From the IMG/VR virus record IMGVR_UViG_3300043788_000114, positions 74,517-138,516 of that record: DNA of 64,000 nt; one strand, written 5' to 3'. The position numbers and the translations under genes were made by a program. The DNA is from a virus. The notes beneath the pieces were generated by a model. The model was not told the DNA's origin and made no database searches. It saw only the letters and a program-made list of their open reading frames with translations. Of this stretch, positions 35,622-45,657 are shown one piece after another (positions within the stretch are counted from its first letter, which is position 1; the number at the start of each line of letters is the position of its first letter).

Positions 35622-35900
35622 TCACTTCTCTTCTCCTTTTCGATTGGGTGCGTAGGGAATCGGAGCTTCTTGATGCACAATCTGATGTATGGTGGCTGAA
35701 CGCCCAGCAAGTGCGGCAGAGAACTGAGCTTCCAGACTCTCTAGGCTTACCTCCGCATGACAAGCCAAGAGCAATGTCTTCTCTTTACCCATCACGTAAA
35801 AGTGCTCACTCTCCCATTGCCGCAGAAGGTCACGCACGCGAGCGTCTACGTGCGCTTGGTCACCCTCGACTTTGAATATCACAAATGCAGTCGTACTCAT
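35622..35900 (-). CDS. Hypothetical protein
   Basis: Coupled ORF. Confidence 0.5.
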   Translation of the reverse strand: MSTTAFVIFKVEGDQAHVDARVRDLLRQWESEHFYVMGKEKTLLLACHAEVSLESLEAQFSAALAGRSATIHQIVHQEAPIPYAPNRKGEEK

Positions 35901-37117
35901 TTGGTTGTCCCTTCAAGAGTCGCTTCTGCTTCGTCAAGAGCCTTGCGTAGCTCTTTCTTCGAGACGCGGCCCTCCCACACCTTGATATGTTTGCCGCGCG
36001 ACCACGATTCGCCTTGGCGAATAAGAGTGTGATCCGAGCGGCCATACTGGCTCAACTGCCCGTTCATAAAACGGTGACCGGGAATCCGGAAGATGGCGAA
36101 CTTCTCGCCACGCATCACCAGCTTGGTTATGCGGTGACAGCTAAGGCCGCTCGCGTATGCGTCGATCAATTCTTGGTCGGTAAGGTTACTCATCGTCTTC
36201 GTCCTTTCCCAAGAAGTCACGGCATCCCAGTGATCACTGACTGTTTCCAGTTGCTTCTTCTGGTTATCCTCTTCGTCCTTCCGCTCCTCATACGCTTCAT
36301 CGTCGCGGATTTCGGCAACTTTGCCCCGTATCAGGTCGGACAGGACTCGCGGCTCCAGCGCATCAAGCTCCCAGCTATCATCCCCGTGTTGATCTTGGTA
36401 CCCCTGAAAGCGGCTGTCTGTGGACTTGGCCGGGTTCGGCGGAGGATTGTACTGCTGAATCTGATCCATGTTGAGAGCGATGCGGGAGACTTCAAAGTGG
36501 GAATCCCCGAAACCCTCATAGTCCATGAACATGCGGATGCGATCCTCAATGTCGCGGCTCATGTCGATGCCTGAAGGATCGTGATCCCCAAGGTGGATGA
36601 TGTGCGTCTTCTGGCCTTTCTGGGCACGCTGAATGAAGCGCTGCGCCGCTTCCCACATTTCAGACTGGGAAACGTAACCGCGACAGGAGAAGTATTCGAC
36701 ATCTAACTCATCACAGATACGCTTCACTACTCCGACAAGGGCATCTTTTTCGATCCACACTTCAGGCCGCACATCCTGCGTGTCCCACTTGTCGATGGCG
36801 TACTGATTGGCCACGGCCCGGATGATCTGCTCTGGAGAATCCCAGTGCGAGATAGATTTGACGTTGCGTGTCCGGTCTTCCAACATGCTCCAGTCGATCA
36901 ACCCGGCAAGACGTCCATCGTTCACGATGGAGCCAAGCCGCTTATACTCGCTTTGCTTGTTGGGAATGATATCCCTAGATACACACTGATAATACAATTG
37001 GCGTAGTGTCAGCACGTACCCGGCAGCGGTGTACTCGCGGATGATCTGGTTGCACACGGCAATCAGGTCCAACGACTTCTGTCCCAGCTTGATGTCTTGA
37101 TACTTGATCTTCGGCAT
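35897..37117 (-). CDS. Topoisomerase VI-A/Spo11-like Toprim-domain protein
   Basis: TLRQLYY, EVWIEKDAL, RGY.S, GDHDPSG, RIALN, WELDAL. Confidence 0.8.
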   Translation of the reverse strand: MPKIKYQDIKLGQKSLDLIAVCNQIIREYTAAGYVLTLRQLYYQCVSRDIIPNKQSEYKRLGSIVNDGRLAGLIDWSMLEDRTRNVKSISHWDSPEQIIRAVANQYAIDKWDTQDVRPEVWIEKDALVGVVKRICDELDVEYFSCRGYVSQSEMWEAAQRFIQRAQKGQKTHIIHLGDHDPSGIDMSRDIEDRIRMFMDYEGFGDSHFEVSRIALNMDQIQQYNPPPNPAKSTDSRFQGYQDQHGDDSWELDALEPRVLSDLIRGKVAEIRDDEAYEERKDEEDNQKKQLETVSDHWDAVTSWERTKTMSNLTDQELIDAYASGLSCHRITKLVMRGEKFAIFRIPGHRFMNGQLSQYGRSDHTLIRQGESWSRGKHIKVWEGRVSKKELRKALDEAEATLEGTTK

Positions 37118-37128
37118 TGCTTTCTCCC

Positions 37129-37719
37129 TCAGTAATCCCTATCAGCGCACTCATCGTAGTTCTTGCACTTGCAGCGTTCGTCTGGTGTTGACCAAGTAGC
37201 GGTTTTCGCGCACCACCAAACGTGGTCACAGAGAACATTGTTATCCTGAGTCGGGAATCTCTCGCGGCAAACGGAACAATACTCCGTGTCGCTTTCGATG
37301 GCGTTCTGTTGGAGCCATTCGAGGAGATTCGATACGCCTTCCATGTCGAACGCTTTCGGCAGCTTCAGGAGCCGTCGCGTGCGGTTCCGCTCACGGATCG
37401 CTTTGGTACGCTTCCCACGCCACGGTGGCTTATCACGCGCATCAACCAGAGTGCATGGCGTTTCCTTCACCTTCATGTCGCCCCAGAGGAAATAGATACC
37501 ACTCACTGTCGGCGTGTGGAATCCACTGCTCGAATTGTGGAAGATGTAGCCGTAGGTGTCGGACCAGTCCACGTCGTATCCATCGGCCCCGTAGTAAGTC
37601 TTCCCATCATGGCGAGAGATAGCCTCGGTGCGCGTGTAGAGCGAGAACAGTTTGAGCCGTCCGCCTGAGTCTTTGTGAAACTCAGCCGCAATTCCGATTA
37701 CCTTTTCATCGCTCGACAT
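37129..37719 (-). CDS. Hypothetical protein with a Cys-rich C-terminus
   Basis: CAACCGGGAG RBS; CSVC...CDHVWWC. Confidence 0.6.
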   Translation of the reverse strand: MSSDEKVIGIAAEFHKDSGGRLKLFSLYTRTEAISRHDGKTYYGADGYDVDWSDTYGYIFHNSSSGFHTPTVSGIYFLWGDMKVKETPCTLVDARDKPPWRGKRTKAIRERNRTRRLLKLPKAFDMEGVSNLLEWLQQNAIESDTEYCSVCRERFPTQDNNVLCDHVWWCAKTATWSTPDERCKCKNYDECADRDY

Positions 37720-37744
37720 TTGCTTTCTCCCGGTTGGTGCGTTA

Positions 37745-38068
37745 TCAATCCTCAATCCCCATCAGTTGCAGGATAGTGACCTGAATCTTGTGGTGCTTCG
37801 TGAACTCGCCTATATGCGAGAAAACTGTAACGCGATCCGGCGACAGAGAAAGTACAGAATCGTCCCTCGCTACCTTACATTGATTCGCCCACATGATCGA
37901 TCTCCCGGCACATTGCGCCTCTTTCTTCCCACTGGTCATGTGGCAGGGGATTTGAACATCGTTATTCGCAATTATCGCGAACTGCTTCGGGTCGTTCTTG
38001 CCAAGCCAACCGGGAAAACTGCGGCGGCGGAAAGGACACTCTTTGCACGGCTTGGTGTGTTGACGCAT
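37745..38068 (-). CDS. Cys/His metal-binding protein
   Basis: PCKECPFRR...CH...CAG; CAACCGGGAGG RBS. Confidence 0.65.
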   Translation of the reverse strand: MRQHTKPCKECPFRRRSFPGWLGKNDPKQFAIIANNDVQIPCHMTSGKKEAQCAGRSIMWANQCKVARDDSVLSLSPDRVTVFSHIGEFTKHHKIQVTILQLMGIED

Positions 38069-38205
38069 TGCATTCCCTCCCGGTTGTTCTGTCATCAGAG
38101 CAGGATCAACTTCCGCAGTCTCCACGTCACAAAAGCGGCGAGGAGACTAAAGCCGGAAGCGAACCCCACGATGAAACCCTGTAACGTTGTCATGTCGTTG
38201 GCTCC

Positions 38206-39228
38206 TCACGCTGCGATAGGTAACTCGTCTTCATCCTCATCAGGCGGCGGAGTGAGCGCCCGGATATTGGCGCGCGCTTCCCGGAGCCGCTCTGCCAGTT
38301 TCCGCAGGGTGTCAACGTCTTCCGAACGCTCCCACTGCCACGGCACCCTATACGTCTTTCCCTTGGGACGCTTGGCGATGAACGAGTCAACCCAGTAGCC
38401 GCCGTCTTCGAGCGATGCCCACTCATGCCAGCGGGGAGGATAGAGAGCCTTGAATTCAGATTCCAGCTTCCCGATCTGGTAGACAGCCGCCGCGTACTGC
38501 ATGGCGTCTTTCTTGCGCCTGAGCACCGTCGTCTTCCCGATACAAGTCCGGCGACGGCGAGAGTAGATGCTGATACGCGGTTTCTCTTCATACTCCCGCT
38601 TCTCGGTTGTCATCGCTTTGACTTGCTCCCGCAACTTCGCCAGTTTCCAACGGATGACGGATGCCCGCTTGCGATTGAAGCGATGGGAACGGAACTCGCT
38701 GTACTCCGCAATGACCCGCGCACGCGACTCCTCATCATCCGGAGTAATATCGGGGAAGACGCGAGACCTTGCCTGCGCAAGGATTTGAGCTTCTTCCCGC
38801 TGGGCCGCTATCAGTTCCGCATTGCGCCGTCTCTCTTCTTTCTCCATTGCCTCTTTTAGCTTGAGAGCTTTGCGCTCGGCAGGATTGAGGATGCCCTGAG
38901 AGATAACCTTGACGCGTTTTTCCCGTTCCTTATCGGCCCACTTGCTCAATTCCAGCCACACAAGATGGTTCCGCGTGTTAGTCACAACGATCTTGCAGGA
39001 TGTACGCACGCCGCCCTCAGCGATGCCCTTGATCTGAAGCCAGCGCCCGGAGTCACTGGTAGTGGAAGGGTTTGCGGTGATGATCTTGACAGAGTGAACT
39101 TTCACGCCTTTGAGAGCGCCCTTCAGTAGCGAAGAGCGCACACAGGCCGGAGCGTGACCTTCGACTGGGATAGCGACAAACGGCGCGGTTCCCCGGAGAG
39201 CCGCTTCAACTGACTTGACGTATTGCAT
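38206..39228 (-). CDS. Hypothetical protein (coiled-coil rich)
   Basis: 340-aa ORF with an AAGGGAG RBS. Confidence 0.65.
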   Translation of the reverse strand: MQYVKSVEAALRGTAPFVAIPVEGHAPACVRSSLLKGALKGVKVHSVKIITANPSTTSDSGRWLQIKGIAEGGVRTSCKIVVTNTRNHLVWLELSKWADKEREKRVKVISQGILNPAERKALKLKEAMEKEERRRNAELIAAQREEAQILAQARSRVFPDITPDDEESRARVIAEYSEFRSHRFNRKRASVIRWKLAKLREQVKAMTTEKREYEEKPRISIYSRRRRTCIGKTTVLRRKKDAMQYAAAVYQIGKLESEFKALYPPRWHEWASLEDGGYWVDSFIAKRPKGKTYRVPWQWERSEDVDTLRKLAERLREARANIRALTPPPDEDEDELPIAA

Positions 39229-39237
39229 GGCTCTCCC

Positions 39238-40152
39238 TTATGCCGCTTGCGCGACAGGTGTTTCGTTGACAGCGAAGGACGCGAGTTTAAGAAGCAAGAG
39301 GCGGTTGACCGTCACACGATCCTTGCTCCCATCACTCAGGTCAGTCACAGCCACATCCTCAAGCAACTCCTGTACGACTGCAAGAATGGCCGGTGACGGC
39401 GGAGCCGGTTGCGCTTTGATGACTGGACGCCCAGCCGGACCGCGCTTGCCGCGCGCTTTGCGCTCGCTGGCAATAGCCTGAAGGGACTGCACGGCGGCAG
39501 AGCCGTTGACGCGCAAGTGCTCCAAAGCGAGCGATGGAGTCACGGCCTGCGAAGAGAGCATCTGCTTGACTTCGACCGGCGCATCGGCAAGCGCCATTGC
39601 ATCGACAATGAAGGTTGCCCGGTACCCAGTCTTTGTGGCGATTTGCTCATCGCTCCATCCGAAGTTGCGGAGCCGCTGAAAGGCAGTTCCCAGTTCCCAC
39701 TTGGAGAGCGGTTTGCCAGTGTTTGCGGTGATTGATTTGAGGAGCCTGTCCGCTTCATTGCCGCCCGACACTTGCACAGTCGGGACCGCCAAGATTTCAA
39801 CACCTTCCGCAATCAACTCAAGGTTAGCTCTCAGGCGGCACTCGCCGTCTACGAGAATCGCGGACTTCGCCGCCACGTCGTAGCGTACAAGCAACGGCAT
39901 CAGTGTGCCGTTCTCGCGGATGGAACGTTTCAGTTCATCCAAGTGCGCCCGGTTTTCTGGAAGGCTGTAATCGCGCGGATTATGACCGTCTTCCACAACG
40001 ATGATCCGGGGATCGATCATCGGCATATCGCGGGCTGATTCTTTCAGGTCTCGCAGCCGGTTGACTACGAGAGGTTTCTGCTCCGCTGATTCGGTAGACC
40101 CATTCTGCGCTCTCAGCTTTGCCAGTAAGTCAGCACTGGACTCGTATCGCAT
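39238..40152 (-). CDS. ParB-like N-terminal domain plus HTH protein
   Basis: NPR...ELKRSIRENG...P..V...LVDGECRLRA; GWSDEQIATKTG. Confidence 0.85.
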   Translation of the reverse strand: MRYESSADLLAKLRAQNGSTESAEQKPLVVNRLRDLKESARDMPMIDPRIIVVEDGHNPRDYSLPENRAHLDELKRSIRENGTLMPLLVRYDVAAKSAILVDGECRLRANLELIAEGVEILAVPTVQVSGGNEADRLLKSITANTGKPLSKWELGTAFQRLRNFGWSDEQIATKTGYRATFIVDAMALADAPVEVKQMLSSQAVTPSLALEHLRVNGSAAVQSLQAIASERKARGKRGPAGRPVIKAQPAPPSPAILAVVQELLEDVAVTDLSDGSKDRVTVNRLLLLKLASFAVNETPVAQAA

Positions 40153-40189
40153 TGTCTTCACTCCCGCCGATAGATTCGGCATATCCGAT

Positions 40190-40218
40190 ACTCTGCGCTT
40201 CTCACAGTATAATGTCAA
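40190..40218 (-). promoter_or_regulatory. Promoter TTGACA-N14-GCG-CAGAGT
   Basis: Same layout as the promoters at 46107-46135 and 61241-61269. Confidence 0.65.
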
Positions 40219-40246
40219 GTGTTATTTAACACCATACTGTTAATTA

Positions 40247-40483
40247 CTAGGAAATCTTATCCCAGTTGATGTAGTGGGACTTGTGATCGAGGGAGCTTGC
40301 GGCAAAGATGCCAAACTCCAGAGGAGCCTCGCCGCGCCTCTCGACGGCGATAGGATTCAAACATGCGTAAGCTACTCTCCGGTGGAAGTTCCTTCCGATC
40401 CGCACGATGGGATAGGTTCTCACTTTGCCGGTCAGCTTCACGCGACTGCCAACCTGAAGCGATTCAAACGTGTCGTATGTCAT
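40247..40483 (-). CDS. Hypothetical protein
   Basis: AGGTG RBS; LQVGSRVKL. Confidence 0.55.
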   Translation of the reverse strand: MTYDTFESLQVGSRVKLTGKVRTYPIVRIGRNFHRRVAYACLNPIAVERRGEAPLEFGIFAASSLDHKSHYINWDKIS

Positions 40484-40538
40484 CGGTCACCTATCAAGGA
40501 AAAGATTGAGGCAGGCGGGGAGCCTGCCCCGGTGTGTG

Positions 40539-40760
40539 CTACTTCTTTGCGGCCTTCGCCTTCTTGATTGCCGCCCAGCGTTTGCGTTGCGCCGCTACGA
40601 TCCGCTTCTTGCCTGCGGCGCTCAGGTGCCGCTTCTTGGCCTTTGGCTTGGCCTTCGGTTTGGCGTGGTGGGTTGCGAAGATGGATTCTACGTCCGCGCG
40701 CAGCTTCTTCAGTTTGGCAATCTCCGCGTCGATGAACTGCAAAAGGATATTGACCTTCAT
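40539..40760 (-). CDS. Small basic nucleoid-associated-like protein
   Basis: IDAEIAKL coiled coil plus KKRHLSAAGKKRIVAAQRKRWA. Confidence 0.75.
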   Translation of the reverse strand: MKVNILLQFIDAEIAKLKKLRADVESIFATHHAKPKAKPKAKKRHLSAAGKKRIVAAQRKRWAAIKKAKAAKK

Positions 40761-40806
40761 TCATTGCCCCCTCCCGGTGGGCTGGTTATGCTGCGTTGGT
40801 TGCGTA

Positions 40807-42648
40807 TCAACGGTCCAGTGCGACCATTGCGGTGGAAACGCTCGCGCCAGATTCGGCGGTGAGCGCAGGGGAAAACTCTTCGTGGATCGGGCAATGCTTG
40901 ACGCCTGTGTGCTCGAAGATCGCGCGGCACAGTTCGCATTCAACCGCTTCCACTTCGTCAATCTCAGGGTCATTGCAATACTGGCAAACGCCGTTCACAA
41001 ACCTGTGCCCGCTCCGGCATCGGTAGTCATCGGCTTGCATCCCGTCTGCGCGCTTCTTTGGGCGGTACTGCTGGGTGTCTTCGCCCAGCCACTTCTTACC
41101 GGCTGCGGCGGTCTTGTTGAATGCTTCCCACAAATCATCGCGCTTCCACTTCAGATGAACGGTGCCTTTCTTGAAGAAACGGCCTTCGAAGTATTCACTC
41201 TCAAACGTGAACCCTCCCCCGGAGCGCCCCTTTGCCTGTCTTGCCGCAACTGCCAGCGCGTCGCCAACCCTATAGCACTTATCGAACGGTTGACCGTCCA
41301 GCACGCAAAGGATGCGGTCAAGGTCCGAGTAGAGCCTCATCGCCTCCCAGCTTGAGTAAGTATCAAAGTCGCCCCACTTCGAATCGTAGCGAACGCCGTA
41401 AGGAAAGATGAGTTTCTGATTGACCTTGTAATTGTCGTTCGTCTTCCATCCCTCGCCGTGGTTCCAGCGATTATTCTTGATGCTGTCAGGCATGGCAGGC
41501 CCGCACCCGTTCTCTACGGCATGGCCGCATAGCTCATCAAACACATTCGCCACGGACTCATCAAAGAGTTTTTTGCGAGACAGGAACACGTTTTCGAGTG
41601 TGGCTTTGATATTCTGCGCCGTAAACGGTATGGTGCTATCCCGTTCCACGTCGCGCATGAATCTCTCTTGCTGTTTCGAGTCCAGCCAACGGTTGAATTC
41701 CATTTGCTGAAAGACGCTCGTCCACGCCAGTCTCCGGTGACGGCGAAGGAATTCCGCACGGCAGGTTTGCACGTTAGACAATGCGAGCGAAAGGATTGTC
41801 TTAAAGTCATCGTCGCGGTTGCCGCCGTAGTCTTTGACTTTGTTTTGATCCATGTACAGCTTGGCTTTCCGGATATGTTCGATCCCAGCCGCCCAGTGCT
41901 GATTCGCCATATTGAACCAGTGCTCCATGTTTCCAAGGTTGTCACGGATGGCGAGCATGTTTGGGTCACCATCATACTCGACACCGTAATGCTTCTCTTG
42001 GGTTGTTTCTTTCGCCCAGAGGTCCGGCGCATCATCGGCGGCAACTTTCTTGAGATACACCATTGCCACGTTGACAGAGGTCTTATGCTCGGCGGATGAG
42101 AAACAATCGCCCAGATATTCAACACTGCCAAACTGCGCAATGATCTGAGTGAGCCGGAGCCGGTCCGCCGTGCAAGGATTCTTTATCGTCTCCTCATTGA
42201 GCAGGCAGACAATCTCCCCGTTATGGAGAAAGTCCCACGCCTTCAGGAGATGCTTTGCGCCTTCACTGAAAGGTGGATTCATCAGTATGGCATCGTAGTA
42301 CGACACGCCCTCATAGGTCAGCCAGTCGTAGCCTACAACGTCGTATTCCTTGCCGTGGAGTACCTGTATCAGCGCCGGATAGTTCTCTATCACGTCGATG
42401 TTGACGCGCCGGTCCTCATCAGACCATCGCCATGAGCTACGGTACTCGTGGCGGTCCTCCTTATCCTCTCGCGGGCATTCTTTTTCGTACTCCTCAAATG
42501 TGCATGGACGGCGTATCACATCCGCAATGTCACCCTTGCCCGCGCTCGGCTCAAGAAAATACTTCGCGTCTTTGTTCGTGATCTTCGCGTACATCTTGCG
42601 CGCCACGTGACGTGGAGTAGGATAAAAGTCTGGATTGTCGGCAAACAT
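40807..42648 (-). CDS. DUF4942-domain adenine DNA methyltransferase-like protein
   Basis: DFYPTP, LEPSAGKG, MNPPF, F.GRFFKKGTVHL. Confidence 0.88.
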   Translation of the reverse strand: MFADNPDFYPTPRHVARKMYAKITNKDAKYFLEPSAGKGDIADVIRRPCTFEEYEKECPREDKEDRHEYRSSWRWSDEDRRVNIDVIENYPALIQVLHGKEYDVVGYDWLTYEGVSYYDAILMNPPFSEGAKHLLKAWDFLHNGEIVCLLNEETIKNPCTADRLRLTQIIAQFGSVEYLGDCFSSAEHKTSVNVAMVYLKKVAADDAPDLWAKETTQEKHYGVEYDGDPNMLAIRDNLGNMEHWFNMANQHWAAGIEHIRKAKLYMDQNKVKDYGGNRDDDFKTILSLALSNVQTCRAEFLRRHRRLAWTSVFQQMEFNRWLDSKQQERFMRDVERDSTIPFTAQNIKATLENVFLSRKKLFDESVANVFDELCGHAVENGCGPAMPDSIKNNRWNHGEGWKTNDNYKVNQKLIFPYGVRYDSKWGDFDTYSSWEAMRLYSDLDRILCVLDGQPFDKCYRVGDALAVAARQAKGRSGGGFTFESEYFEGRFFKKGTVHLKWKRDDLWEAFNKTAAAGKKWLGEDTQQYRPKKRADGMQADDYRCRSGHRFVNGVCQYCNDPEIDEVEAVECELCRAIFEHTGVKHCPIHEEFSPALTAESGASVSTAMVALDR

Positions 42649-42954
42649 TTAGTCTCCTATCAGGCACTTTGAACGGTTTACCTCGCCGCCACAGGCATCG
42701 TCTTGCAGTAGACGGTAATCACATCCCCGTCACGTTCCGGCATGTGGACGCCCAGTTCGCCCTTGTCGCATGGCTGTGTCTGGATGGAGATAGACCACTC
42801 CCCGGCCATGACTTGACGGTCCTGAATCTGAAAGTGGCTGTTTGGTGGAAAGACCCATCCAATGACCCCACCGATAATGAAACTGGCTACTGCTCCGATA
42901 GTGCCTATATATGTTTTCACGTGCTTTCCTCCCGGTTTGAATTTTTGTTCCGTA

Positions 42955-43422
42955 TCACTGATTAGGTGTGTTGCCTATCCTTGTGCGCTCCTCGGCCTCG
43001 CGTAGAGTAGCGGCGCTGTATTGCCGTGTCTCCTCGGCGTCTGTCATATCGCGGTAGGAGTGAAACTTTCCTCGCGCATCGAACCATGCCCGGTAGACGT
43101 GAAGCTTGCCATCGGCGCGGGTACGGTGTTTGTTGTGCCGCGCTGCGCAGGTGAGAGCCGCGCGCCACGTCTTATGCTTGTGCCCGCATCCCTCATGGCG
43201 CGTTGCCGCAAAGAAGTGGAGCCGGTAGGAAACAGACGGCGGCACAGTGCGCCGGACTTTCCCCGGAGTGAAGGTCTCTATCACCCTCCCGTCCGCCTTG
43301 GAGTTCCTATAGTCGCCGTATGCGACGGCGCGGTAGGACTTCCCGTGCTTGGTTACGTACCACTCGCCGCCTTTGTAGAGAGCCGCGATACGCGCCTCCC
43401 GGATTGCTTCATTCTTGGTCAT
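42955..43422 (-). CDS. Hypothetical protein
   Basis: GGGAGG RBS; CGHKHKT..AA..C. Confidence 0.6.
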   Translation of the reverse strand: MTKNEAIREARIAALYKGGEWYVTKHGKSYRAVAYGDYRNSKADGRVIETFTPGKVRRTVPPSVSYRLHFFAATRHEGCGHKHKTWRAALTCAARHNKHRTRADGKLHVYRAWFDARGKFHSYRDMTDAEETRQYSAATLREAEERTRIGNTPNQ

Positions 43423-43596
43423 GGTGCCCTCCCGTTTTCAGATACCCATTGTCGCCAAGGAATCTTAGTTCCACTCCCGGCTTACGATTAGCGTGCATCC
43501 AATCGACCATCTCCTGCACAGTCTTTTTCTCAGACCGTGCAACAAACTCCCCATGCTCGCCGTTCACCGTGGCCTGTACTGTGACTCGTGCGGTCA

Positions 43597-44310
43597 TCAC
43601 TTGCCAGCCACAGCACGCAAGAATGCCTCTTGTGTCCTTTCCCTGATAGTGATTTCATGCTTAAGGTCGGATAAAGCGGTTGCGAATTGTCCTCTGGTCT
43701 CTCGATCTATTGCGCCTTTGCCCGGTTTGAAATACCAGTCCCATTCCTTGATAAAAGCTGTTGCCATGTTCGCGACGGATGCGCTTGCGCTGTCAAATTC
43801 CCGCAGCGCCTTGGCGACACGGTTAGCCCCTTCCGGCGATGTCATGCCTACCGGGGTTATGTCCACTGTGCCGGTGACAACTTCTCCGATGTGCTGCTCG
43901 TGCGCCGCTGCAACGATAATCGCGTCCATCTTGCGCTCTGTGCGGTCGATGAGTTTCTGAGTAAGATCGATATAGCCGCTGTACTTCGCGTCTTCGTCCT
44001 CGCCATCCCAACGCGGGTTGATCCTGCGCACTCCGCTCTCAAAAGCATCGAAGCCGAATGTTTTTTTGAATTCCTCGCCACGGTTGCATAACCCATTGTT
44101 GTACAGGTCGTAGTAGCAATTGGACGCCACACGGTACTTCTCCAATGCTGGGTTGCTATCAGCGTTTTCGACTTCGCCGCTGGACGGAACGAGTTTCCGG
44201 AGTTCCTTATCAAGCGCCTCATGCTTGCCCTTTTGACACCAATAGGTGTTGGCGTAGTCAGGCTTGCCGTCCGGAGGGACTTCAGTAATAGTGAGATTGG
44301 ATTGTTCCAC
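43597..44310 (-). CDS. Hypothetical protein
   Basis: TYW...G..., YYDLYNNGLCN motif. Confidence 0.65.
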   Translation of the reverse strand: MEQSNLTITEVPPDGKPDYANTYWCQKGKHEALDKELRKLVPSSGEVENADSNPALEKYRVASNCYYDLYNNGLCNRGEEFKKTFGFDAFESGVRRINPRWDGEDEDAKYSGYIDLTQKLIDRTERKMDAIIVAAAHEQHIGEVVTGTVDITPVGMTSPEGANRVAKALREFDSASASVANMATAFIKEWDWYFKPGKGAIDRETRGQFATALSDLKHEITIRERTQEAFLRAVAGK

Positions 44311-44377
44311 GGTGTTACCCCCTATCCGCGTATCAGGCCCACGGACGGGCAAGATTGTAAAAGCAACGTGCCGGTGT

Positions 44378-44908
44378 TTAGTGCGTGTCCCAGTGCTCCG
44401 GACGCGGATAGGTTGGCTTGCCCAGCGCTTCGCGGGCCGCATTCAATGCGTACCACAGAGCATCAGCGCGCATCCGTCCATCGTTCGGCCCAACAAACTT
44501 GGGAACCAATTCCCCGCAACAATCCGGGTCCGGCCACAGTGAAGCTATCTGCTCTAGCGCCGCGTGCATCACTTCTGCCTTGTCTCTCTTCGCCTTCAAA
44601 GCGATGGCCGCTTTGTTCTCTTCCGCCTCGCGGTCTTTCTCCCGTTGCGTTTCCTGTTTGGCTTTCTCCCACAGACCCTCGCGGTCCGCGATCTTGCGCG
44701 CTTCGGCAATCATGCGAGCGTTAGCTTTGGCGGACTGGCTGAGTTTGCGGGTTTGGAAGTACCCCGGACCCTTGTATTTCACACTCTCAGGTGGGTTGCA
44801 AAACAATACCCGGTCCGGGCTGTTCGTCCAGATGTGGTAGCGCTTCCCTTTGTGCTCCCATGAAAGCGCCATAATCGATCCGTACTCTCTGACTGTTACG
44901 TTTTCCAT
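44378..44908 (-). CDS. Hypothetical protein
   Basis: ACCGGGAGG RBS. Confidence 0.6.
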   Translation of the reverse strand: MENVTVREYGSIMALSWEHKGKRYHIWTNSPDRVLFCNPPESVKYKGPGYFQTRKLSQSAKANARMIAEARKIADREGLWEKAKQETQREKDREAEENKAAIALKAKRDKAEVMHAALEQIASLWPDPDCCGELVPKFVGPNDGRMRADALWYALNAAREALGKPTYPRPEHWDTH

Positions 44909-44959
44909 CTTTCCTCCCGGTGTCATTCGATCCCGGCCCATGGACGGGCAAGGATGGTT

Positions 44960-45211
44960 TCAAACTATCCGTACTCCCACGTAGCCGCCAGCGTCGTACT
45001 CCCGGCAGGCCTGCCAGAATTCAGCCATCGCGCTCTCGTAGAAGGGAACGAATTTATTCCCATCGGAGAACACTGCAAAGTAGGTTTCAGGGTCGATGCC
45101 GTCAAACTCACAGGCTTTCACCCAAAGCTGATGCGCAGTCGTGGCAATGCACGCGATGAACTTGCGGCCCTCTTTACGATCTTCCCTCGCTTTGTAGGGT
45201 GCCGTCCTCAT
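44960..45211 (-). CDS. Hypothetical protein
   Basis: Coupled ORF; W.KAC..DGI.P...F.VFS..N.F. Confidence 0.55.
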   Translation of the reverse strand: MRTAPYKAREDRKEGRKFIACIATTAHQLWVKACEFDGIDPETYFAVFSDGNKFVPFYESAMAEFWQACREYDAGGYVGVRIV

Positions 45212-45657
45212 TCGATCCCCGCCCGTCTCTTGGCATCCGCCAATGACGTTCCGTAGATGGTTCGCTTCTCTTCGTGCATCGTTGCCAGTCCCAGCGCGAT
45301 TTCATGGTTTGGCGGAACGACTAGGACGTTGACGGTGTACGCTTTCATCCGCTCACTCAATGGTTTACATGGCGGATCGCTCTTGCATGACTCACGTTCG
45401 TAATGAACGTGGCCGTGCAGTTCGCCCACAGCGTTGGGTTCCATAAGACGTGCCGCTCCTCTTTGCCGTGCAGGAGCGACCACTCCCACACAGGTGTGTC
45501 CGGCGTTCATGTGATAATCGTGGTTCGCTTCGTCGGCAGTCGCGTAGGTTTCTTCTGATACGCGCTGATGGGTCAGGCAATCAAAGATACTGAATTGCCC
45601 TGCGCTGGGTTTGGCGTGCCGTGCCCGGTTGCGTGCGATTGCATCCTGTAGGCTCAT
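45208..45657 (-). CDS. Hypothetical protein
   Basis: GGAGG RBS; coupled ORF. Confidence 0.55.
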   Translation of the reverse strand: MSLQDAIARNRARHAKPSAGQFSIFDCLTHQRVSEETYATADEANHDYHMNAGHTCVGVVAPARQRGAARLMEPNAVGELHGHVHYERESCKSDPPCKPLSERMKAYTVNVLVVPPNHEIALGLATMHEEKRTIYGTSLADAKRRAGIE

